Assembly: GCF_009914755.1 (NCBI RefSeq)
Contig: NC_060926.1
Source: the human T2T-CHM13v2.0 reference genome, Homo sapiens
Strand: one strand, 5' to 3'
Length of the DNA stretch: 64,000 bases
Under the pieces are notes generated by a model, which worked only from the letters and a program-made list of their open reading frames with translations, was not told where the DNA came from and made no database searches. Position numbers and translations under genes: made by a program. Positions 1 through 17,074 of this stretch are shown here, in pieces (positions within the stretch are counted from its first letter, which is position 1; each line of letters begins with the position of its first letter).

Positions 1-187
1 AGTTTTTAATAATTTAATTTCTAGGTTAAAAATTCAATTAACAATTTATAAGGTGAGGTGAAAAATCCTTTCACTTTTCCTTCTCTGAACTGTGCTATAC
101 TGTACAAAATCTTTCCATAGCTTTAAAATGAAAGATATGAATTTTCAGAAGTGATAATCTTGAAATATATTAATATGACAGACCTAC

Positions 188-442
188 CTAAAATCAGATG
201 CATTCTGTCTTTGTTAATTTCTGGCAAAGATTTAGCACTACCCACTGCTCCTGATGCCTGGTTTAAATTGACAGATGTAGAACGTTTTTGTAAACCAGAT
301 ATTGCTGCTGCTTCTGTAGACTCTGAGCACGTAAATCCTGTGCTATTTAACCAAAGTGCCACCGCATGGAGAATTGGGGCCCAGGAATTCCGATAGTGAA
401 GTCTAGCTGTATCAATAGTTTCAGGGGTATAAAATGCTCCAC
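188..442 (-). CDS. HEATR5B: HEATR5B coding exon (window exon 23; 255 nt, 1->1); gene continues left of the window
   Basis: tttacag|GT ... G|gtaggt; [37 protein letters not shown]...[12 protein letters not shown]. Confidence 0.96.
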
Positions 443-466
443 CTGTAAAGCAATCAAATCAATTAA

Positions 467-772
<306 letters not shown>

Positions 773-1674
773 AAAATATTACTATTATACATGTTCGCTC
801 ATTTATGAACCACTAACAAAAATACCTGTTACATACAAAAGAGAAATCTAGCCAAAGGGCTTCTCCTCTTTATAAAGCCACCAAAAGTAACCCCTTTTCT
901 GTAGCTGATGAACTGGAATACCTGTCTCTTCCTCACTGATGCTAGTTTTCCAGCCTTTCCTCTGCTACTGCTGATGTCACTAAGTATTCTTACCTTTTCT
1001 TACCCTGTTGTCACAGAATTTACCTCTTCATTGTTGCCAGTGGCTCCTAAAACCCTATCATCTTCTCTTTCTATCACAACCAGGGAACTCTGTTTCTTCC
1101 CTCTGTTTCTTTCTTCTTCTGCTATTCCTCTCCACCTCCTGTTGTTTCCTCTACTAACACTGAGGACTTCCTCATCACTCCTTGCTGTTATGATGGATTA
1201 AGGAAGGAAAAAAGGGGGCGGGGGAACTCCATTATTCTTATCATTAATATATAGGAAGGAGAATGGGTTCTTCAAGTAGGAACTAATAACACACTTTCTA
1301 AACAGAAAAAAATGTTGACGATTTCTACACTGATTTTGATAAGAAAACTAAAGTACAATTTGCAAAGCACTTTAGGAACATAATTTATTGGCACACTAGG
1401 AATCTGAAATAGAATATGAAAATACAAACATTGAACAGTACAGCAATATACATCTATGGTTATGCATAATGACTTGTTACCCATAGCTATTTAGAATACC
1501 CTAGCTCATACAGCTATTATTGTAACAGTGCTTGCTAATATGTTTGCTTCAGCCAACAAAAAAGCTCTATATCTTCTATCTACAAATTCAATATAGAGTA
1601 CATATTCTAACTGAGACAACATCAAACTTAAGCCACAGAAATTTAAACTGTTACTATAGCAACTGTTGTTGCTA

Positions 1675-1986
<312 letters not shown>

Positions 1987-2115
1987 CTAATATGATATTT
2001 ATGAGGACAAAATAGTAAGGCATAAGATAAAAAAATAAGATATTTTACGTTATTATAAAAATACAGTTAAATCATCAAAGATAACTGGGTATAGATATTA
2101 GAAAGTATACACTTT

Positions 2116-2733
<618 letters not shown>

Positions 2734-3657
2734 GTATATACAACTCCATGATTTCCTGATAAACACAAAAGAATAATTCCATTTGCCTTGGAGACATTTT
2801 TCTAAAAAAACTGATCTGACTTCTGACTATTCCTCTGATGGCATGTTCCTTGAGTAGCCTTCTCAGAGTTTTTTCTGGCTTCCCTCATTCTACTTTACAA
2901 AGCACCCCCCGCCTCCACTTTTTTTTTTTTTTTTTTGCCACAGGGTATAACTCTGTTTCTGCCTCCACCTTCCTAGACTTATTAGACAACCAGGCATTCA
3001 AAGTAAGCAGCTGAGAGGCAAAAAGAGACATCAGAAAGGATTTCCATAAATATCCTTCTAAACTCCTTCTTACACAGACCTTAAATGATATTTTGCAATC
3101 TAGCATTTACAACAGATAGCCTGGCTAATATAATCTGCTAGTCACATACATTACCTGTATCCTTTCTCTCTAGTTTGTGAGCCAAAAAGACATAAAAGCA
3201 ACTTTCCTAAAATATAATTTCAAAGATTCTTCTTTATTGAATCATATTTATTTTCCTTTGTTTTGTAATACATTTAGGCTTTGGCTACTGGCACATACAA
3301 AGCTGAATAACGTATTAATGAGAAAACAAAAAAAGAAAGGAATGACAGCAAGCAAGAAAAGAATTGCTCTAGATAAAAATCTCGAGAAAACTGTCTTCCC
3401 TCCACAGTGTTACATCCATTGTACCTAACGAGAAAGCCTAAGTATGGTATCTGTATAGGTACACTGCAAGCTTCTTGATGAGAAGCACTGTGTCTTACCC
3501 CTATTCCCACACCAAGCAGACTTACAGCACAGAGAAAATATACAGCAATTGACTAAATTCTAAAATAGGGACTTTGGATCTCAAGTTATGAATATATTAC
3601 TGTCATATCTTCTAGTGAGTACATGCTTGTTTCCCCCCTAAATTTGTTATTACACTG

Positions 3658-3925
<268 letters not shown>

Positions 3926-5523
3926 CTAACATTTTTAAGAAAATGTCACAATAAGCACTCTTAAGTATATCCAGCCATTCATTCATCAAATCCTTACTAG
4001 GTAGGCACCTTTTGCCTTGAATTTGTTATTGTTCTAGGACTGGAAGCAAAAAAAAAAAACAAATAATACATAGTTTTTGCTTTCCATGAATTCACAGGCT
4101 AATATTACAATGAGAGGGAAGTAAAAAGGTGCTTAAGAGAAGAAACTTTTAAAGATTTGGCTTTAATTATTTATCTTCTACAAAGATAATCTTTTTAATG
4201 CTTTATCTTCTAGTACACTCTACCCAGTGCACAGACAGTGTCTGGTACCTAATGAACACTCGGCAGTTTATGCAATGAGTGAATGAATCTCAGGGAACAT
4301 CACAGATAAACGAATCTTAGCCTTGGGAGTGTGAGAAAGGTGAGACCGTTTTTAAGGACAAAAGTTGACTTGCTCATAGGCAGAGATGGAAAGGGAGCTT
4401 ACAGGCAGAGGGAACAGCCAGAGCAAGAGCACAAAAACAGGAAACTGCATGGTAATCTAAGTATGCAAATTTCTCATATAGACGGAGCACAGGTTATAAG
4501 CTGGAAGTAGCTGAAGTTTTTACTCTGCAGGCAATGGGGAAGCAAGGGTGTCACTGTAAGACTTTACGGTCTATGTATGCATTTTTCCTCGACTTATAAT
4601 TTTATTTTAATAATTATGCTATAAAAAGTTGGAAAAATAAGAGTTAAAAATGACTCATAACCTCAATTTCTGGGTTTTCATATTCTATCTTTGTAAGTTA
4701 TAATTTTGATGTACAGAGATTCTGTATTTAGTTTTACTGATAAACATGTCATAGGGTTTTCCCATGTGAATACCAGTTTTCATAACCATTATTTTAATGA
4801 CTTACAGTGGATGACCCACAATGTATCTACCAGTTTTCCTACAGTTGAAATTTTATATTTACTTCTAATTCTTTACTTAGCATTGGGAATCCTAGAAAGA
4901 TGAAATACAGCTTTCGAAGACAAAAGATATTCATTTCTTCACATTATAAATAGTGTTGCAAGTAAACATTTTTGTAAACTTACCTCTTTTCCATATTTTG
5001 GATATTTTTCACTAGACTACAGGCCCAGAAATGGAATCACTGGGTCAGTGTTTACAAATATTTTTATGACTCTGAATAGACACTGCCAAATGCTTTCTAA
5101 AAAGGTTCTATATTTTATATTGCTACCTGCAATATATGAGAATATATCTTTCAGACCTATTTTAAAATAAATTTTTAGGCTTATTTTTCTTATAGATATT
5201 ACACAAAAAAGGACAATCAGAAGCATAAGCAAAATGAAGAAAATTAAAACTACACATAATGCTACTACTCAGATACAATGCTGTTACCAGTCTAAACAGT
5301 TATATAAACACGCTCAGTTTTTTACCTAATGTGTGCGTGCGTGTGTGTATAATTTCTACCCCAATTTTCTAGTCACTTAATATCATCATCTTTCAAGATC
5401 AAGAAATACATTTAGGTTATTTCCACTTTTTTGTGAATAATAACACCATAACAAATACCCTTGTAGCAGAACCTTTGTGCATATCCTTAAATATTCCTGA
5501 AAATAATGTGTGCAGTTTTTTAA

Positions 5524-5840
<317 letters not shown>

Positions 5841-6279
5841 TAGAGGATGTACAGAGGAAGGTGCTGAAGACACAAAGAAGAAGAGTAGACAGCACTGAGC
5901 TTCACACAGTCTCCTCCTCACTCTCATGCCTAACTGATACCTCCTCCTATCCTCCATGTTTCAATGTAAACATCACTTTCTCCAAAAAGGCTACTTCTGA
6001 GCCTCCAGCCTATTGTAACTGCCTCTGCTATGTGTTCCAAAACACTTTGTAACTTTGTATTTCTCCTGTGATAATGCTCCTTACCCTTTGGTACATCTAC
6101 TTGTTTACCAGTTTGTCTTGCTCAGCAAACGTAATATATCTCACCCCCGTATTCTCAACTGCTAACCTGACAGAGCTGAAGCTAAACAACACTTTGTTGA
6201 ATGAATCAGAGGGTGGGAAGTAAGGGAATGAGAAAAGTTTAGTCTTAGATTAGCGGAAAAGCTTAAAATAATTATAACT

Positions 6280-6350
6280 CCAATAGTCTTCCCTTAAACG
6301 TGGTTTCACTTTCTATGGTTTCAGTTACCTGTTGCTGAATACCACGAAAA
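6280..6350 (+). mobile_element. MER44/Tigger7 terminal fragment
   Basis: caatagtcttcccttaaacgtggtttcactttctatggtttcagttacc resembles the MER44 terminus CAGTAGTCCCCCCTTATCCGCGGTTTCGCTTTCC. Confidence 0.6.
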
Positions 6351-6930
6351 TAGGGAAGTGAGATACTGAGCTGGTAGAGGAAGGAATTAGTTACTTCAAT
6401 ACTGGAGGGCAGATGATAAGAATTCAATAGTAACTGGCAGAAGGAATTTAGAAAAATGAATTTAAAACAATGTAATTATATATTTTTTAAAGTGACTGTG
6501 AGAATGAAAAAGGTAAAACTAGCTATTAAAAAACAAAACAAGCTGGGCACTGTGGTGCGTGCCTGCAGTCCCAGCTACGCGGATGGCTGCGGCAGGAGGA
6601 CTGTTTGGGCCCAGAAGTTCAAGTCCAGGCTGGGCAACAAAGCAAGACCCTACCTTTAAAAAAAAGAAACAAAACCCCTATGGCCTCAATATCAAGGTGG
6701 CAAGTCACCTGAAATTTAATCAAATAAAAGATTTTTGGCATAAAATATTTTCTGTTATATTTTTGAGTTTTTCCTACCTAATTTCCTCATATTATGTAGG
6801 AGAGCCCTTCCTCAATATAGAGGTTTTCAGTACACTGATTAACAAATTTTCAAAAAGTATTCCATATCAAGGGTTAGTTTTTAAAAAACAAAAATTTTTT
6901 TACCAACAAGAGTAGAGGAACATTTTCTCA

Positions 6931-7158
<228 letters not shown>

Positions 7159-7240
7159 CTAGACAAAGAGAATTCAAAAACTTTTGTGTAAAAAAAATTA
7201 ATGCTGTATAAGAAAATGGAATAAATGACTTTTTTCCTAG

Positions 7241-8158
<918 letters not shown>

Positions 8159-9233
8159 CTACCCTCAAGTAAGAAAACACAGATTGAATGAACACATGGG
8201 AATGTTTTATGACTGTAATATGGGACACTTAAAAACAGACAAGGGAAAGATTAATTCTAGCAGGAGGAATGGGAATGTTTAGGTGTCAAAGAGGTTTGTA
8301 TGTATAGACATAGGAGAGTTACATGAGGAAGAGATGTGATTAGGAAAGTTAATTGGGATTAGATTAAGGTAAAATTTACATTCCATGGAAAATGAATTTA
8401 GACTTCATTCTGTAAGCAATTGTGAGTTTCCATGGCCTCTGGACAGGGGGATCATATTATTAGAATTGTGCTTTAGGAAAACTGTTCCAGTACTTCTGTA
8501 TAAGAAAAAATGTATATAGACAGTAAGTAATATGTTAAGTGTCTTTTATAATACCATAGAACAGAGATGATACGGATCAAACTGGGAATGGAATAAAAAA
8601 GGAGAAGCATCTGAGACAGACTTGTAGTTAGAAATCCCAGGATATGGAAACTAATTAGCTATTTTAGGGGGCGGGTGAAGGGAGATACAAAAAGAGCAAG
8701 GAATCAAAAATTTCTAAATGCTGATTGTTGAAGCTTCTGACTTGAATGGAAGGAAGGTGATACTACTGCTTTACGGGGATGATAGGGGAAACAAAGGAAA
8801 CTAAGTAAGTGGAGATGAGAAGTGAGACAGCGTGATTTTAATTTTGAACATTTTTACATGCTGCATTCAAAGTGCCACTAAGAGACTTGTGGAAAGATAT
8901 TCAGCAGGCAATTAAAAACTTGGGTCTGGATTTCAGGAGCAAGTTCAAGGGTAATTACATAACCCTAGGAATTCCCACACAAAGGTGATAACTAAAGTAT
9001 TGTTAAATTTTTTTCAAGGACAGCTTTAAACAAAAAAAATAAAGCCTTAAAGCCAGACCAGATGGAACATAGTTACAATTAAGGGACAAGTAGAATAAGA
9101 ATAAAGAAAGAAATTGAAAAGAAAATACCAGAAAAACAAAAGAAAAACCAGGCAAGTGCAGTGACAATGGAGCCAAGGGAAGAGTTTCAAGAAGGAAGGG
9201 GTGGTCTCAGAGTGTCACCTTTAACAACAATAA

Positions 9234-9548
<315 letters not shown>

Positions 9549-9549
9549 A

Positions 9550-10985
9550 CATGTCCTTACTTTCTCATCTGAAATCCTTGGACCAAGATTTTTTTCAGAG
9601 TTCACAACTTTTGGGTAAAAGGTAATAAGGTACCTGAACCTCATTAAAGTATACACCTAGCAAGATGTGTGGCAGCACCCCATAATTAACACACAGATGT
9701 ATCTGCAACAAAATGTATTACAAATCACAATAAGAAAGATTAACTAATGCTACATTCTCACTTAGCTTCACATCAGAGCCAAATTAGTACAAGTCAGCTC
9801 AGGTTTTGCTGCCAAATAAATGATTAAAAAAGCTTTTGATTTTCACAGCATTTGGATTTCAAATCATGGCTAATGGACTTGAGTTCCTATATTGAAAACG
9901 TTTTAAAAGTGGAGAATAAGTATTTATGTCAAATTTTATTCTCAAAGAATTCAAAACTAATTTTAATAAAATTAATAAGGACATTTTTAACTGATTGTTA
10001 CCAATTAAGGAGATACTGATGGCAAAACTTAAAATGCCAGTCAAAACTGCTGAAAAATAATTAAATTTAAAGTGAAAAGAAATTAAATATGAACATGAAA
10101 AGAAAGAGCTGTTACTCCCAAAGGAAACTAAAGAACATATGGGAAAGATTTGATAAATATTTCTGTGAAATTTGGTAGAAATATAACTAAAAAATTGGGG
10201 AAAATTATAAAGATTAGGAATTTGGCACTAAGCTTTCTTTGTAAAAACCTAAGTATTTTCTTCACATTAAAGAATCAGAAACTAGGCCGGGCACGGTGGC
10301 TCACCTGAGGTCAGGCATTCAAGACCATCTTGGCCAACACGGTGAAACCCCGTCTCTACCAAAAATACAAAAATTAGCTGGGCGTGGTGGCACACACCTG
10401 TAATCCCAGATACTTGGAAGGCTGAGGCAGGAGAATTGCTTGATTGCTTGAACTCGGGAGGCGGAGGGTGCAGTGAGCTGAGATCATGCCACTGCACTAC
10501 AGCCTGGGCAACAGAGGGAGACTGTGTCTCAAAAAAAAAATGACAGGTGCGGTGGCTCACACCTGTAATCCCAGCACTTTGGGAGGCCCAGGTGGCTGGA
10601 TCACCTGAGGCCATGAGCTCGAGACCAGCCTGGCCAACATGATGCAACCCCGTCTCTACTAAAAATACAAAAAATTAGCTGGGCATGGTGACGTACACCT
10701 GTAATCCCAGCTACTCAGGAGGCTGAGGCAGGAGAATCGCTTGAACCTGGGAGGTGGAGGGTGCAGTGAGCCAAGATTCATGCCACTGTACTCCAGCCTG
10801 GGCAACAAGAGCAAAATTCCGTCTCAAAAAAAAAAAAAAAAAAAAAAAGAATCTGAAACTAGAATCACAGATAATGCATTATGGATTTTGTTTATGAAGA
10901 ATGACAAAGTAGCATTGAATTAGTAAAATAATATTCAGAGAAAAGACTTTGCCCTACATCAAAAGATTGGTGAATGAATGTACAT
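9550..10985 (+). mobile_element. Ancient Tigger-type DNA transposon relic interrupted by two Alus (10284-10848)
   Basis: Degenerate CENP-B-like HTH coding remnant (…ITDNALWILFM…, plus EKTLPYIKR-like sequence in a shifted frame); the Alu pair is flanked by the TSD AAGAATC(A/T)GAAACTA. Confidence 0.55.
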
Positions 10986-12016
10986 TTTAAAATTTTATGC
11001 TGAAATAAAATATTTAAGTACGCATTATGTTCATGATCTGACCCTACTTTAAATGATTTTTTATTGATCCACTGATTACTGTACCCAGTTGTGTGACATC
11101 TGAGGGTCCTTCCTATAATATCTAAGAGTTACCCTGATTTTAAAGTTTCTTAACATGGCATTTGTTCTAACAAACAGGCTGGGATATCATTAAGCCAACT
11201 CCTTACTTTCCTTAAAGGAAAGGAACTTGTAACCTACTGCTTTACCTGTCAGGAAACCAGGTTTCCTCCCAGCAACAGAAGGAAAGGAGGTCACAAATTT
11301 AAGCCTGCCACTAGAAAAAAAAAAACTTCTTATAAAAAAAAATGCAACTAGGGCCACAAAAGAAATAAGTTTAAGGCAAATTCAGTATTCATATACAAGA
11401 TACAATTCTAATAGCCTTTGCTTTTCTAATGATCAGGAGCATTGTAGGAGATTTTGTCTGCTTAAATGCTGTGCTCTGAAACGTCATCATGATACACTTA
11501 TTTACATATGGACAGTAATTTTTTGATATTTGTGTGGCAGTATCCCAAACCAAATTACCTAGTCGAAGGTTTGCATCACGATCCAGAGACCTATCTCTTA
11601 CCAACAACGTTTCTTTTCTCTCTGGTCTCCTGTCCGTGGAAAGAGTTAATTTCTCTGAAGACTGCCATTAAGGCAGCAGGCTTCAGAGATATCAATTTCA
11701 AAAATGGAAGGAAGGGGCAAACTTGCATTCAGCTACAGAGAGGATAAAGTCAGAATTTTAAACCTATTATTGCAGAATCTTCTCTGCATAGAGGTCACAT
11801 GAAGCTTGGCCATGGATTCTAAGCAAAAATGATGGACCACAGCACCGTACTCCAGAAAACTAGGAAGAAGAGAGTTGCTTATCTTCTCTCTTTAGGTAAG
11901 GAGACAAATAAACTGATTACCTAAAAGATTAGAGCTTAATACATGAATCCTTTTTCAAAATGAAGCATATGAAAAAGAGAAACTGATTAAAGGAATAAGA
12001 AAATATGCATTTTTTG

Positions 12017-12311
12017 GGGCAGGGTGTGGTGGCACATCCCTGTAATACCAGCACTTTGGGAGGCCAAGGCAGGTGAATCACGAGATCAGGGGTTTGAGAC
12101 CAGCCTGACCAACATGGTGAAACACTGTCTCTATTAAAAACACACAAATTAGCTGGGCGTGGTGGCGGGCACCTAATCCCAGCTACTCAGGAGGCCGAGG
12201 CAGAAGAATTGCTTGAACCCGGGAGGCGGAGGTTACAGTGAGCAGAGATCGCATGCCACTGTGCTCCAGCCTGGGTGACAGAGTGAGACTCAGTCTCCAA
12301 AAAAAAAAAAG
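12017..12311 (+). mobile_element. Alu
   Basis: Alu consensus with A-tail. Confidence 0.93.
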
Positions 12312-12599
12312 AAAATGTACGTTTTTTGGTGGTTTTGTGAGTCTCTGCAGATATAACAAGGTGAGAATAATTCCCTGGGATTAATTTTGCAATGAAATGT
12401 CTATATTGTGAAATTCTCCTTAGTATGATTTAATACCCACAAAGTAGCAAAATTTTCATAATGTGTGGTCAAAAACAATGTTTCGACCACAATGTTTATT
12501 ACCTAATTATTATTTCATCATTTCACAAAGAATAAAAAGGAAAACTGCCATTGTTGTATTTCCAAGATAAAAATATTATTTTGTTTTTCCTCTCTCTCT

Positions 12600-12857
12600 T
12601 TTTTTTTTTTTTGAGACAGGGTCTCGCTCCGTTGCCCAGGCTGGAGTACAGTGGCGAAATCTTGGGTCATTGTAGCCTTGACCTCCTAGGCTCAAGATAT
12701 CCACCAACCTCAGCCTCCAGAGTAGCCTGGACTACAGGTGTATGTTACCATGCCCAACTAATTTTTGTATTTTTTGTAGAGACGGGGTTTCCCCATGTTG
12801 GCCAGGCTGATCTCAAACTCCTGAATTCAAGCGATCCTCCCATGTTGGTCTCCCAAA
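12600..12857 (-). mobile_element. Alu (J-like, diverged)
   Basis: Reverse-complement Alu consensus. Confidence 0.88.
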
Positions 12858-12903
12858 TTTTTCTCTATTCCTTTACACAAGTTAAATTCTAAGATATCTA
12901 TGA

Positions 12904-13342
<439 letters not shown>

Positions 13343-13765
13343 TCAGTAATACCTTTAACTGTTGTTATTAAGAGTTAATTTATCCTTCATTATACAAGGG
13401 GCAACTGCTATCTATTTCTAAAAATGCTTATGAAGGTTTGCCATATAAAAATAACGGCAGCAAATCCACAACACTCTTTTGAAGGTTCCTTTTATCTCTT
13501 AAAGGGCAGAGCTAAATATCTAAACACAAGACTGGAAAGCTGAGCTGGAATTTCTATTCTAGTTTTATCACTAATATGTTATCACAACTTAAAAATAGTG
13601 ACAACAGCTTGACACTTATTTCTTCATTTGTGGGGTGACTAAAACTAGGTAACAGACAATGGAGATAAAGAGATGCATTCTACAGAAATAAACAGATTGC
13701 AGTTCCAAATGCAGTCCTCCAGGAAGTCTGCACTTCTTCAGCAATCTTTCAAAAGATCAATTTTA

Positions 13766-14083
<318 letters not shown>

Positions 14084-14261
14084 TCACAACTTTGAAAATA
14101 GCAAAGATATTATATTCTTTCAAGACAACTTCCATATCAATCTTTCAAGAATAGTGATATACAATACAGTAATGCTGATGATGTTATAGGACTTACAATG
14201 ATATGTTATGCAAAATACTTTTAACGTAACTTTCCCAAAATGAGTTTCTGATCCTTTAAGA

Positions 14262-15782
14262 ACAAAGGCTTGGCAGACTTTTTTGGTAAAGAACCAGATA
14301 GTTAATATTTTTGGCTTCATGAAAGAAAACAGACTCTTGGGACCCCAAAACTCACTATGCCAAAGAGAAAGTTAAGCTTGGGAACTGAGTCTTGCAATAC
14401 TGCCTTTTGTTCCCAGGTAGCTGTAATTTCACAACTGTGTGTCATTGCCTCATTTTAAGCCAGGTTCCCACAATGATAGAAGGCCAAAAATCTTCCTAAA
14501 TGGCCTCCTCTCACAAATTGCTCACAAGGAATCTTCGGAATACATATCCCCCACTAAGAACCAGCCCTAAAACCAAGTTCTGTTGAATCTCACCCTGACA
14601 ATGTCAATTACCAGCTTATTTTCACAGGTATAGGACAATGACAAGATGAGAAATCATCCCTCTCTCTATGCTGTGGCCAATGCGTAACTGACTTTTTCCT
14701 GTATTCCCCCTTTTCACATGTAAAATGTAGATTCACTGAGGCTAGGCAGGGCGAAGTGGCTCAGCCTGTAAACCTAGCACTCTGGGAGGCTGAGGTGGGT
14801 GGATAGCTTGAGCTCAAGAGTTTGAGACCAGTCTGGGAAACATGGTGAACCCCATCTCTACAAAACATACAAAAATTAGCTGGGCATGGTGGCGTGGACC
14901 TGTAGTCCCAGCTACTCAGGGGGCTGAGGTAGGAGGATCCTTTGAACCTGGGAGGTCAAGGCTGCAGTGAGCCGAGATCACGCAACTGCACTCCAGCCTG
15001 GGTGACAAAGTGAGACCCTGTTTCAAAAAAAAAAAAAAAAAAATTTACTGAGGCTAATCAGAGCCTCATAGGAATATAATAACCATCTGATCACTGCTTA
15101 CCCTTCGTTCCCTTTTTTTTTCCTTCCTGCTGTTCTTTCTTCTTTAAATAAGGAAGTTCCCAAAACCCCCTTTGGAAAAAACACAGGTCACAGATGCTCC
15201 TGTTACCTGTGTTTTTTCCCAGGTGAATCCTTAACCTTGGCTAATAAACCTCTATCAATTGATATCTGCTTCAGTCACTTTTTGGTTCACACTTTATAGG
15301 CTATATTATCTCTTTTTATCATTTTTTTTTTTGAGATGGAGTATTGCTCTGTTGCCCAGGCTGGAGTGCAGTGGTGTGATCTTGGCTCACTACAAACTCT
15401 GCCCCCAAAGGGTTCAAGCGATTCTCCTGCCTCAGCCTCCCAAGGAGCTGGGATTACAGGCACCCACCACCACGCCCAGCTAATTGTTGTATTTTTAATA
15501 GAGATGGGGTTTCACCATGTTGACCAGGCTGGTCTCAAACTCCTGACCTTGTGATTCGCCCACCTCGGCCTCCCAAAGTGCTGGGATAACAGGCGTGAGC
15601 CACCATGCCTGGGCTCAGGCTATATTATCTCCATTGCAACTACTCAACTCCACTGTTAAGGTGCAAAAGCAGCCACAGACAATACGTAGAGAAATGAGTG
15701 TGCTGTGCTCCAATAAAACTTTATTTACAAAAAAGGCTGTAGGTTGGATTTGGACTGTAGGCTGGAGTCTGCCAATCTCTAG
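14262..15782 (+). mobile_element. MER58A-like hAT element split by an LTR and an Alu (15313-15615)
   Basis: 5' piece ...ggcttggcagacttttttggtaaagaaccagatagttaatatt; 3' piece ...caactactcaactcc...ccaataaaactttatttacaaaa. Confidence 0.7.
14320..15291 (+). mobile_element. ERV1 MER4-group solo LTR containing an Alu (14742-15043)
   Basis: TG...CA termini; TGAAAGAAAA..CTTGGGACCCCAAAACTCAC start; AATAAA near the 3' end; Alu TSD CACTGAGGCTA/TACTGAGGCTA. Confidence 0.75.
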
Positions 15783-15869
15783 AAAAACTCTTGTCAGGAA
15801 ACTTAAATCTACAAAATAAGAAGGAAACGACCTTTATAATAAGATATGGAAAAGGGAAATGTTTTTCCT

Positions 15870-16400
15870 TTTAGCCCTAGAGTAAAAGTTGTCCTGGATC
15901 TGTATGAACAAAGTTTAAAAGCAAGTCTCAGAATAATTAAAATGATACCAAGTAATTTAACTACATCCCAGAACAAAGTCCAAAATTATTTTGGAATACA
16001 TCAAAATCCAGCACTAATATCGTAAAATTTACAGGGTCTGACATCTAATAAAAAATTACCAAGAATGCAAAGAAGTAGGGAAATATGTCTCACAACAAAG
16101 AGAGAGAGAGAAAAAAATCAGTGAATAGAAACAAGTCTAGAAATGAAAAAGATAAGATAATTAGACAGGGAACTTTAAATAGCTATTATCAATATGTTTC
16201 CTATGTTCAAAGAGGGAAAAGAAAAGCACGAAAATAACTAAGGGAGAAATGAAAGGTAGAAAAAAATCACAAAGGGGAATTTAGAGATATAAAGTAAAAT
16301 ATCTGAAATGAAAACTACACTGGATAAAATTAATAGAGATTAAATACTAAAGATCAGTGAACTGAAAAGACTTAGCAACACAAATTATCTAAAGAAATTA
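15870..16400 (+). mobile_element. Old L1 fragment
   Basis: A-rich degenerate L1M 5'/ORF1-like sequence. Confidence 0.55.
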
Positions 16401-16624
16401 TTAAGCTCAAGGTCTATGAAGTTCTTCAGGAGGCTTCAAAACCCACAAAGTCTTTTTGAAGCAGTGACATATCTATGGTTCAGCCTGATCCCCAAGCAGT
16501 TCCTATTTAAAGAAGTTTTTGTTGTCACTGTTGTTGTCAAAGTTATAAGATGTGTATCTTCATATTTTTTCATGTGCCTACCAAAAAAACTAATTTTAGA
16601 ATCTTGAGTTTAAAAAGAATATCT

Positions 16625-16948
16625 GGCCAGGTGCACTGACTCATGTTTGCAATCCTAGAACTTTGGGAGGCCAAGGCGGGCAGATCACTTGAGGCCAGGA
16701 GTTTGAGACCAGCCTGGCCAACATGGTGAAACCTCGTCTCTACTAAAAATACAAAAATTAGCTGGACATGGCGGCGGGTGCCTGTAATGTCAGCAGCTCA
16801 GGAGGCTGAGGCAGGAAGATCGCTAAGATCGCTTGAACCCAGGAGGCTGAGGCTGCAGTGAGCCGAGATCACAGCACCGCACTTACCTTGGGTGACAGAG
16901 CAAGACTCTGTCTCAGAAAAAGATAAATAAATAAAATAAAAATAAAAA
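16625..16948 (+). mobile_element. Alu
   Basis: Alu consensus with (TAAAA)n tail. Confidence 0.92.
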
Positions 16949-17074
16949 GAATATCAGTTGCTTTGTGGGTGGGAGGCAAGCAGAGAAGGCAAAACATTTG
17001 GCTAGAAGCCCACAGTGCTTCCTCACCTATAGGAAGCAAAAACACACCACCAGTAAAAGCAAGGTTTTGAACTA

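Noticed and set aside
908-1201. 97-aa hydrophobic + strand ORF resembling a membrane protein
   Set aside because: Leu/Ser/Phe bias comes from the C/T-rich composition; no promoter or splice support on this strand
11650-11745. Hairpin + ANANNA + ACA pattern suggesting an H/ACA snoRNA
   Set aside because: It is on the strand opposite to the host gene, and no convincing second hairpin is present
12464-12491. 13-bp imperfect inverted repeat
   Set aside because: Too short and imperfect to exceed chance expectation
16400-16610. Possible processed-pseudogene fragment between L1 pieces
   Set aside because: No recognisable protein in the frames inspected; needs BLAST
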